In this document: in pieces, positions 13,301 through 24,600 of the stretch
Layout of the letters: every line of letters starts with the position of its first letter
Position numbering within the stretch: position 1 is the first letter of the stretch
Source of the DNA: Camelus ferus
Taxonomy: Eukaryota
Assembly (NCBI RefSeq): GCF_009834535.1
Contig: NC_045714.1
Span: forward strand, 33,914,001-33,978,000
Length of the DNA stretch: 64,000 nucleotides
Direction of reading: 5' to 3'
Translations under genes and position numbers: made by a program
The notes under the pieces: generated by a model
Databases searched by the model: none
What the model saw: only the letters and a program-made list of their open reading frames with translations
What the model was told of the DNA's origin: nothing

Positions 13301-16300
13301 TTGGAATATAATAACTGCAGCCAAGTAAGTGAAATCCCTAGGCACTTAGGGGCTTGGCTTAGAGTAGGTGCTCAGTAGTTGGAGATGCTGTTGTAAGTAA
13401 AGGAAACTGCTGAGCACAGTGCTTGGCACGTGGCAGGTGTCACCTGGCAGCTGCCATTAAATCAGTAGTGAGTGACCAGCACATGGAGGTGCCTGGTGGT
13501 CGGGAAGGACTGTCAGGAATTCAATTCCAGGCAATTCAAGGCCTGGAGCCAACAGCAGGGGGAGGAGCAGGTGGGGCTTGGGGGCAGGTGTGGGCTCGGG
13601 CTGGTGTGAGGGGCATCTACCTCGGATGGTCTCAGACAAGTAGGCAGTCCCACGGAGAGGAGGGCCCCCCTGCAGGGTGATGTGGTCCACCTCGCAGATG
13701 ACCTGGGAGTGAACATCCCCTGGGGCCAGCACCACCTTGGCTGTGCTGGAGACGCTGTAGGAAACGCTGTCCCCCTCCGGGTCCACGCTGGTCTGGGAGG
13801 CTGTGATCTCATTCCCATTTTTGAACCATTTCAGGGAGATGGTTCTGGGGGAGAAGCCGTGGGATGTGCAGTTGAAGCTCACCGTCTGCTCAGGTGGGGC
13901 CCTCGTGCCGGGGCCTGATACCACGGGAGGAGAGGGTTTGGCTACAAAAGGAGCATTTACAACAATGAACATAATTGTCATTATCATCACTAATGATAAG
14001 CTTGCAACGCAGTTAAGAACGTTCACATATTTTTTTAAGATTTTGTTTTCAACTTTATTTCAATTCAATTTTGTTGCAGGGGGAGATAATCAGGTTTATT
14101 TAATTTCTTTTTTTTTTCCATCTTTTTTCTTTAGTTTACTGAGGATTGAACCCAGGACCTCATGCATGCTAAGCATGCGCTCTACCACTAAGCTATACGC
14201 TCCCCACTAAGAACGTTTACATATATTATGTTTTAATACTTCTATTAGGTCTCGGAAGGCAGTGTCTTCATCCTCATCTGAGGAGACACACAGGTTCCCA
14301 GAGGTGAGCTCTGAGTCAGGGCCAGGGCCAATATGGTTTCCAGGCCTGAGTTCAAAGTCCACCTTCTTTCCTCTGCCAGGTAAATTCCCACCAATCTGGG
14401 CACAGGAACAAAAGACCCGATGGCTGCCACTCTCCTATTAACTCTTCCTAGCTGGGCTCCCCTGGGAAACTTAACTCCCATCAGAGAAGCGTTTACAGAA
14501 GTAAGTGCAGGGGAAGCAGGGGTGGGGCGGGACCACCACGGATGCTGGACCATCCTGGGCTGCAGACGAGACATGTGGCCGGGGCCCCTCCCAGCTCCTT
14601 ATCTGTGAAACGGGACAGCAGGCATTGTCCTTCCTGGGGTTGCAGTGAGGGTTCAGTCTGGCAGTGGAAGCATCCTTGCTTTGAGTAAAATCAAGATGCT
14701 TCACAAAACTAAACAAAGATTTCTCTTCAACCTGGACTGTATTTATATCCAGAGCTCTCCCTTCAGGTATTTATTAATTTACTCCATAGTTTTCATTCTC
14801 TCCACAAATATTCCAGTAGGACAAATGTGCCAATCCCTGAATTTCAAAGGAAAAGGGTGAAGGGATGTTTTTCTGAATCTGGGTTCTTCTCTTGGGTCAG
14901 TTTTGAGTTGAAAGCAAAGGTCACTGAGAGCTGAGAAAGCAGAGGTGGTTAATTTCTTAATTGTTATTAAGTCAGAAGAGACACAGACACAGGCCCGTGA
15001 AGCAGGCAGAAGCAGCTCCCGTGTCCTGAAAACACACACAAATCAGAGAATCAAAGTGAGGGTGCAGGGAGAGGGCTATAGCTCAGTGGCAGAGCACGTG
15101 CTCGGTGTGTACGGTGTGCATGAGGTCCTGGATTCAATCCCCAGTGCCTCCGTTAAAGAGAAAAAAAATGTGAGCACAGTTTCTTCCTGTAGAAGTTCCT
15201 ATAGGGTGTCTTCAAATTGTTCATTATTACCCAATATCGCCTGTAAAAGTCAAAAGTCGACAGACAGCAAATATTACAAATATTTGCATTTGTCAATAGT
15301 TAACCGGCTTCCTAAAACTCATGGAACATTTTAAGGATATAGTAAGAGGGTGTTACTTGAATATGTGAAGTTATAAAAACACCAGCATTCTGGATGCCCC
15401 CAGAAGGACGAGACGCTGCGATCAGCCTGAGGCTGGCTGATCCACCCATGACCTTCAGCTCTTCAGTTCCCTCCACCCGCCCTGAGAAGGGTGCCCGAGT
15501 GGGGTCCCATTTACAGGACGAGGCTCAGGGAGGACGCAGCTGGCTAAGGACACCAGCGAGGAAAGGTCAGAGCTCAACTCAGCGCACACAGGGCTGATTG
15601 ATTTTAGGGTCTCTGATCTTTATCCTTGAGCCTCAAAATCTGATTCTGGACAAACCTAGTCAGACGAGTGAGGATGTATGTAAAACACAGAGCCTGGTGT
15701 ACAGTAGGTGCTTAGTGAACAAGACCTGTGATTGTTATCACGTGATCTGGTCATTCCTAGTTCTGAAACTACCTGTGAATTCCTTAGGCGGTAAGAAGGC
15801 AAAACAGAAGCTCAATGGAAGCACCAAGAAGAGTCTCAAATCCTGCTCCATGCAGCTGCCACATAAAATCCACATGAAAAAAGGAGGAGAAATACCAAAT
15901 TATGATTTTCCCTCTATTTTTAATAGTCCCCTCAGAAAACAAGTTTGGGGAATTGGCTCTCAACACATGTGAGATCACAGGTGTTTTCCTGGTTACTCGC
16001 TCTTTACAGAAAGCTGGAGGCATTTTGAAAGGAGGGAGGAGAGATTCCATCAGTGCCACGTTGGTGTGTTGAGGCAGGAGGGCTCTGGGCTGAGCAGGAA
16101 GTGTCTGCGGGGATCCCAGCGCCTGTTTAGACACAAGTCTCTAAAGCTGGGGAGGTCTCCCCATCGACAAAGCTCCAGGCTGAGGGTGGTCTGGGCAGCC
16201 CCTCCTCGAGGCTGGAGAGGGCAGGAAGCCATGCTCAGGGAAAGAGTGCTCCCGGGGGTGGGCTCTGCCTGCCACTCCACTGGGCTCACTTTCTTGGGCT

Positions 16301-19300
16301 ACTAACAGCTGGGGAGTTGGGCTACCCAGGCACCATGGGGACCCGCCTCTGTCAGGGAAAAAGCCCAGCTCCGTCTGTGACCTCAGAGAACACGGAGCCC
16401 AGGGCTTCTCCGCCCAGGTTGTGGGCAGCATGCCCTGCAGGAGTTAATGAGTCAGCTGCCCGGGCCCACGTGTCTCCAATTAAACCAGGGTTTCTAGGGT
16501 GGGGATGGGGGCTGGGGATCTAGTCAATGTTACCTAGGTGATTCCGATGGGCAGCCAAGGTGGAAAGCACCCGGTCCCACCCCAACCCCAGTTATACTCA
16601 GTTCTGTAGGGAGTGAGCTGTCCGAGGCCTCCGGCTTCGGCACATCAGAGCTAATGCTGGTGGAACACGTACTCTGTGCCAGGCTCTGCTCTAAGCTCTG
16701 TACATGGATCCCTCACTCAGTCCCTGCAGTGGCTCTGGGAGGGCGGTGCTGACAGGGATGGACCAGGACCCCAGCCCCCAGTGCGGAGAGGGACGCGTCC
16801 GAGGTCCCAGAGCCAGGACCTGGAGGAGCTGGGATGGGAGCCCAGGCAGCAGGGCTTGGCCTAGGAGTGCAACCACTGTGCACTGAGGCTCAGTGACACC
16901 CTAGCCACCACAACTGGGGCTTTTAGAACCTCTCCAGCCATCACAGACCCTGAAAGGCAGCCAGAATTACCACCATCTCACAGATGGGGAAATTGAGGAC
17001 TAGCGGGAACTGAGACTTGCCCAGAGCCCAGCCTGTCGGGACAACACCATCGCTCACTGAGGGGCTGTTCTGTCACCAGGCTCATTGTATCCTCAGGACA
17101 TCCTGCAAAATTGATGTGATTGTCATCCTTCTACAGGCCAGTAAGCCCTGCAAAGAGAAGTGGGTCACAGCCTTGAAACAAACTCAGTTTGGGAGATGCC
17201 TACTCTGTGTTGCTGATTTAGACAGAGCACCTCAAATCCTTTCAACTCTCCTAAAAGGAGACCCTGATTATCACCATTTTACAGATGAGAAAACTGAGGC
17301 TGAGTGAAATGTAGGAACTGTCTCCTCACTGTACCCCCACACCGTGTCCCAGAAGTATTTCCCGTCACCTCCAAGCTTTCACGTCCATCAACAGAGCAAG
17401 TGCCCATCTTCCGGATCCCTCACACTGACCACCACCCTCCCCTTTTCCCTCTGAGATTCTTGACTTCAAGCAAGGATAGGGAGGAGTGCCCTCCGGGGGC
17501 CCAGGCCTGGGGACCCTGTAGCAACAAGGGGGAGACACGGGCTCCTGACACCTGAGTCTAGAACATGAACTCTGTCCACACGGGGTCCCAAGCATTTAGT
17601 ATGAACTACCGCCCCCTCCTCATCCTCAGTCTGCAGGGCCAGGAGTGGGCGTGCCTGGTGCTGCTGGGATGCAGCAGCCCCTCTGCTCTGTCCTCGCTCC
17701 CCTTCCCGGAGCTGCTCCCACAGGCCGCTCAGTGAAGGGGCGACATCACAGCAACAGGGAGAAAAGGACTCCTGGGGCTTCTAAGTGCGCTGAGCCCTGC
17801 CTCATAGGAGCAGGTTCAGGACATCATGAGACACTGCAGGGTCTGTCTGTCTGGTATGGGTTGTAAAGGCCGCCCCATCTCACACAGGACTTTTTTTATT
17901 TAAAATGCTTATTGCCGAGAAACAGAACAATACAAGATATAAAAGGAGAGGGTGGAGTTTTCTCCCCACTTTGACAAGCACAGTGGGGTGTGCAGAGAGC
18001 TGGGTGTGAGTCAGGCTGCTTGGGGTTCAAAGTTTGGCTCCCTACCTGCTCACCAGCCAGGTCCCCTCTTGGAGCCTCAGTGTCCTCATCTGTAAAAGGG
18101 GCACAGATGGCCCCTCCCTCAGAGCGCTGGTTATAGGCAGTAAATGCCAGGAGGAAGATTCAGCTTCTGACAGGCTGCTGCCCCCTCACCCCCTCCTGCC
18201 TCCCTCCTTTCTCATCCAGGGAATCATCTGGGCAGGTGCTTGGGGAAGAGGATGACAGTCTCCTGGGAGGCAGCAGGTCTGAGTGGCACCGGAGCCAGTT
18301 ACTAGCTGTCTTCGGCTGTGCAGGGGACGCACCCCCTGGGAACTTTAGTGATATCTGCAATAGCCAGCTTCCTTGCCAATGTCCCAGTATTTAGCAGGAC
18401 TCGCTTGTACCACGTCTAGGAAGGAAATTTGGTGATATCCACAAATTAAAATGCACACAGTCTGTGACCCAGCAATGCCACTTCCAGTGGGTATTTCCCC
18501 CCTTGAGTAGAGTGATGCGTGGACAAGGTTATCCACTGAAGCGCTGTTTTAATAGCCCAACATCAGGAACAACTTAACAGCCATCAACAGCAGACTGTAA
18601 AGGAAAAGATGCGATCTCCATCCAATGCGGTTTCTATAGCTGTGGAAACAATGGGCAGTCTAGGAAGGGGCAGCTCCAGCTGAGATGGAATGCTAGACTT
18701 GGCATCATGTGGTTGAAAGTTGGGAGAGGTCCCCAGTCAACTCTAGCTTCAGGGTCAGAATGAGAGGGGCATTCTGAACCTTTGCGAAACTGATAGAAAT
18801 GTTCCCTGTTCAATGGTTTGGTCTAACAAGCTTTTCATCAGCACCTACTATGTGCCAGGCTCTTCCGTGGAGCCAGTGCCCAAAAAGTGCAGGAAGGAGA
18901 CTTGCCTCAGTCAGACTGGGTTCTGGAAGGCTCCCCTCACGCACTGGCCACGTGACTGTAGTCTGGGCCCCGTCACCTTGTGGTCTCAGGCTCCCCCTGT
19001 GTACACAGGGGACTGGGCTGGATAGTGTCTAAAAGTCCTTCCTGTGCTGAAATTTTAGGATTCAGGATCCTGGGCCTCTGACAGAAAACCCTAAATGAGC
19101 ACCTTTGCTACCTCAGTGGGGCAGCCCAAGTCAGCCACATGGGGAACCTCTGTCCTGGGTGCAGGACATTCTGAGATGACCCAGCTCTGCTTGGAGACTT
19201 CAGTGACTGAGTCACATGAGGGTTTTCCTAGCGCTAACACCCAACCTCTGAGCACCTCCTCCAACCAGAGCCGTCAGAGTCAACAGCGAAATCTGTGCCT

Positions 19301-21625
19301 TTAGTTATTTCTTCTCAGTGTGATGTCTCTAAGGATGAAATGAAGAAACATATTCTCCCCCAGCCCTTCCCCAGCCTGGATGGACTCTCCACATTGGAAG
19401 GGAAGAGAACACAAGCTTCATAGGAGAAAAGCCCTTGTCTGCTTGTTCACCTCTAATTCCACAGCATCCAGAGCAGGGCCGGGCACACAGTAGGTGCTCA
19501 GTAAGTGCTGAATAAAGAGAAGACTTAGCCACTCTGAGGGGAGCACTTTCTGGAGGCAGCAGGTGAGGTCTGCCCTGTGACGGGGCGAGTCACTCAGACT
19601 TTCAGCTCCCTCATCCCTGGAACCAAAGGGCTGGAAGGGATTGAAAAGACAAGGTATGTGGAGCCAGGCAGCCTGGGCTTCCAGACTTTTCATACCAATT
19701 ACCAGCCGTGGGGCCTTGAGCAAATAGCATGACCTCTCCAGGCCTCAACTTCCCTGTAGACAGGAGGGAAATCAGATCATGACCCAGTCATGATAAAGCA
19801 CCCACTGCTGCACCTGATTCTTATTTTTGCTCAAAGACAGGAGGGCATTTTGTTGACTCGTTGTCACAGAGCAGGGGACGAGGGGCCCACGTGTACTCAC
19901 CACTCACAGTGAGCCGAGTGCCTGGTCCAGACTTATACTCCACGTCACCAGGTAATCCTCTCTGGAACTTCACACAGTAGTAGGCACCGGCGTCTGCCGG
20001 GGTGATGTTACTGATGCGGATGGAAAAGTCCATGTTGTCTCTCTTTGTGGTGTCTGAAGCATTTGTTACTCGGGGGAAGTGGCCTCCTTTGAAATCGTAG
20101 ATTAACTCGCGGCCTGGCCCTGTGCCCCTGAACCACCTGAAAGGCCCCACAGGGACCAGGGAGGTCGTGGTGCAGCGCAGAGTGGCCGTCTCTCCAGCCG
20201 CGACTGACACTGATGTCTCAGGCTGAATCACCTGCAGCTCCTGAGCCGCCACTCCTGGAGGGAAACACAGAGCAGTTATTCATTCCTCCTCATGTGATCA
20301 GGTAGGTTTTCTCACGTGTTTACCAACAGCAGGTTTCACTGACCAAGAGCACCGTGAGCCGGCCTTGAACTCAGCCCAGTGCAGCTACCATGGCAAGTGA
20401 CTCTCACAAAGAGCCTGTAATATGAGATACCAACACAAATGAGGAAACTGAGGCACAGAGAGGGTAAATGACATGGCAGTGAGCAGGTCTACGCTCCTGA
20501 ACTTCCTCTAGGAGACTCATGTCTCAGCTGGGCTCTGAATCCAAATCTGAATTTCCAGGAGGAAAGGGCACAGTGTTCCTGACAGAGGGAACAGCCTGGG
20601 CAAAGGCCCAGAGGTGGCAGCACAGTGCGTGGGGGGCTCTACTAAGATTCCGGATTCTGTTCCAGGTCTGGCCCAGGAAGCAGGCCCTGAGTAGGAAGCC
20701 GTAGTCAGCAGCCGGGTTTGGTTCAGGCTGTGGACTAGTGAAGTAGGAGGACTTGGGTGCGAGTCCTGGCTCAGAGCTGACTGCTGTGTGACCTTGGCTT
20801 CACCCGGGCGACCGAGAAGATTCCGCAGGTACCCCTCCGAGTGTCCGGGCTGCATCCTGCCCGGCACCGCGTCACCTGAGTGCTGCCCTTAGTTTGGGCA
20901 GGTCCCTTTACTGCCCCCTGAGCTTTAGTCTCCTCATCTGTCAGTTACTATGGCCCTGTCTTGATGGATCCCTGGTAGGAACAGACCACACGTCTAGGAT
21001 GGGACAGTGTCAAAAATAAAGTGTCTGGTCTTTGGAGCCATCCAGCCTGGTTTCAGACCTGGCTCGCCTTTTATTCACATCTGATCTGAGTTTCTCACTG
21101 CTTTAAAGTCTCAGTTTCCTCATCTACAAGATGGGCAGACTGCCCCAGCCCTTCGCATGTTCTGAAAAGAAAGTGAGATCCCACGTGGACGTCATTTAGC
21201 ACCAAGCGGGCACAGGGAAGCTGCTTCATCACACACTGAATAAATGAGGATGAGTCCACTGCTCAAACTTCACTCCCACCAACCCTTTCAGATGCAGGCC
21301 GGGCCCGGGCTGGATGCTGGGACACACAGGGGCTGGACCCAGGTCAGGCCTCAAGTGCTCCAGGGCTGGACAGCTGGAAGGGGTCCTAGAGGTCTGTGCT
21401 GGGGAGGGGCCTGAGCCCCAAATTAGAGAGGACTGGGACACATGAACAGGGGCTCCCAGGAGATTGGGGGAAGGGGGACACAGTAAGAAGGTGGACAGGT
21501 CGGGTGAAGATGCTGTGAGAGGTGCTACCGATGCTCAGGGGGAGGTGCGGCTGGGGCCCCGATTCAGAACAGGGTTGAGGGGGAGAAAGTACCAGTCATG
21601 AAGACCTTGGAGAAACACACACACA

Positions 21626-21667
<42 letters not shown>

Positions 21668-24600
21668 AGATAGGCAGAGGGAGGGGCAGACAGACAGAGA
21701 TGGAGTGAGAGACTGAGACAGAGGGAAAAAGAGAGAATAAGACAGTGACACGGTGTTGTGTCAGCCTGGTGGAGGTGCAGACAGGCCATCTGGCCTCTGC
21801 CTGGTCACGAAGTGACCCTGTCTTGGCATGATCTAGTCCACCTTTGCCTTGGACATCAGCCAGGGTTGCAGCCGATGCCCTGAGCAGCCCCCTCGCCTCT
21901 GGCTGAGCAGGAGAGACACTGTGAATTTGCCCACCAGCACATGGCCTGGAACCACCTGCTGAAAAGGGGCAGGGCGTCCAAGGGAAGGGAGGCCCACAGA
22001 TTCCCGCCTGCCCTCACTGCGGGCAAGCCCAGGGCTTCAGGACCAGCCTCTCATCCCCCTGCCCACAGTCCCAGCCCTGACTCCCACGCCAGGGATTGCT
22101 CAGTTCCCTCAGCAGGTGACGGCGGCCCCACCCTCATGGTGCAGGGAAGAAACCAGAGTCCCCAGAGGGCAGAGTTTCAGGTGGAGCTGGTGGCCAGGTG
22201 TGTGAGAGGCACACGGAGGAGGCCCACAGAGGCAGGCAGGACCCTGAGACATCCCAGGTGGCTCAGCAGCTGCCAAGAGCATCCAGCCAGGAACATTCCC
22301 AGTGGGCCCACATTCCACATGGGAGACTGAACTGGAAATGCGGCTTGGAGGAAGCAGGGGCGCTGGGGCCAGCAGGCCTGGGCGCGAGCACGGTCCTGCC
22401 CCAAGCCAGCTCAGTACCTGCCCTCCGTGGGCCTCCACTCCATCCTCTGCAAAGTCACCCCCCAGGATATGACTGTGATGACTGCAGACCGTGACACGTT
22501 GGACATAAGTGCCTCCATGGTTTCTGTTCCCATTCTTACCAGATGCATTATTATATACTTGATCTCCTCTGGACTATCAGGTTCCCCCCAACCAGGGCAT
22601 AGTATCAACACTTTTTGTGTGTGTGTGTGGTTGGGAGGTATTTAGGTTTATTTATTTATTTGTTTTTTAACGGAGGTTCTGGGGAGTGAACCCAGGACCT
22701 CACACATGCTAAGCACATGCTCTACCACTGGCTACACCCTCCCCCGGACGTAGGATCCACAAGGAACTGTTTCCATCCCCCTGCCTAGAACACTGCCTGG
22801 CACACACCAGGCCCTCAATAGATGCACGTTGAGTGATCACATTAGTGAAGGAAGGAAGGAAGGATTTCACGTGCTCCCAGGCAAACCCTCTCCCTGAGCC
22901 TCTCTCTCCTCATCTGTTTAAGGCGCTGCTACAGGCAGATCTGGGAGACGGCGCGAGCCTGGAGCCTGGGACAGCGCCGGGCCCACAGACGCGGTAATAA
23001 ATGGCAGTTATTATTACCCATATCAATACCACGGCGCGGGGCTGTGAGTCAGCAGCTGGTGCGGGAGCCGTGGGAGCCGGAGAGGAGGTGCCACGGCGGG
23101 CTGAGCCAGGCTGAGCTGGAGGCCCGCAGTCACACCCGGGGAGGCGACAATAAAATCTGGAGTGGTGTAGGGCTGCTCCCTACCCACCCCCCCCCCCTTT
23201 TTTTTTTAGCTCCTCTCAAGCTCTCTCCACCAACTGCAGCCAGATTTAGGAGGCTTAATTAATTAGCTAGTGTTTATAAAGCGTTTGAAGAATTTTAAAA
23301 GTGCGACGTAAGTGCCAAATATTATTTTAATCTGTGTGAGTGTGTGTTTTTCCAGCAGAGTTTTTCCCTCGCTCGCTTGCTTTTCTTTCTCTCTGCAGGT
23401 TCTGTTCTGGGAAGCGGGCTTGTTAAAAAATCCCTCCTGCGGTTCTGGGCTTGGGGTCATCACGCTGGCATCACTGACAAACCCATTTCCTGCTCTCTCC
23501 TGCCCTCCTGGCAGAGACAGTGACTATCCAGGGGCCAGAACCGTATCCAGGAGAGAAGGGAAGCTGGACAGGCAGCCTCACACGCTGCTGGTGAGAGTGG
23601 GAACATCCTTTCGGGAAAGCAGTGTGGCAGGATGGACCATAGGTATGAAAGATGTTCACCAGCCTTTGCTGGACTGTTTCATGAGGACATAACCTCAAAT
23701 ATGGTGTGGGGTTCCCACAGAAGAACTGTATAAAAGTTGGAGAAAAACCCAAGTGGTCACTGACACCGGATGGTTCAGTGAACTGTGGCCTGTCCCCTCC
23801 ATGGAATTACAGGTAGCCATCAAAAATCATCACCATGAAAACTGCAGTAATCTGGAAATTTCTGCATGGTATAATTTTAAATGACACGGTGGTTATGCAA
23901 ATAAAATTTGTTCATTGCAAAGTATTTAGAAAAAACAAAACAGTATAAACAGAATAATAATCCCATAGAATACCATCAAAGATAACTGCAATCAACACTT
24001 TGATGTTGTTAAAAGTACAAGTGAATAAAAGCGAAGTAAAATCATACTCAGTTACGAAAGATATGTGCAAACATTTTGCTTCATTCATTCAGGTGTTCTT
24101 ATAAAAATGAAAAATTGGAAATATCCTAGTTTCCAAGAAAAGGAGACTGACTGATGCCATGATGGTCAACCCACGTGATGATCAAGTGTACATGTAATGA
24201 AACGATTATAATTATCGACACAGAAATAGATCATGAGATCAGAGTCAGTTACTGATCTATGTTTTCAGTGTGATCCCAAACTTCTAATTTTGACAAAAAT
24301 GTATATCTGATACTGAAGATTAGCAGTGATTAATTGTGAGTAGACTTCCAAGGGCTTTTGCTTTTATGGTTTCTGTTTGTGTTACTTGTGCCATAAAAAA
24401 GAAGAAAAACTGCTTTCAGTATGATCGTGACTTTGTAGACTAAAACTATGTATAAACTATGTACGTATAAAATAAACTATGTATAAATAAACCACTGCAA
24501 ATACCATACAAAACTATAAAATGCAACTCTCTTTGGATCATGAATCTAAAACTGATGGGGTTTTCTTTTTTTCCTTCTATTTTGGATATTTTCAGATTTT

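Noticed and set aside
19821-20252. 143-aa ORF starting at GTG as an independent IgV-only gene
   Set aside because: It is the internal IgV exon plus intron read-through; it has a proper acceptor at 20255 and no leader.
24443-24487. Three near-copies of AAACTATGTAT
   Set aside because: Local slippage inside a degraded AT-rich L1 fragment; too short and irregular to be a functional array.
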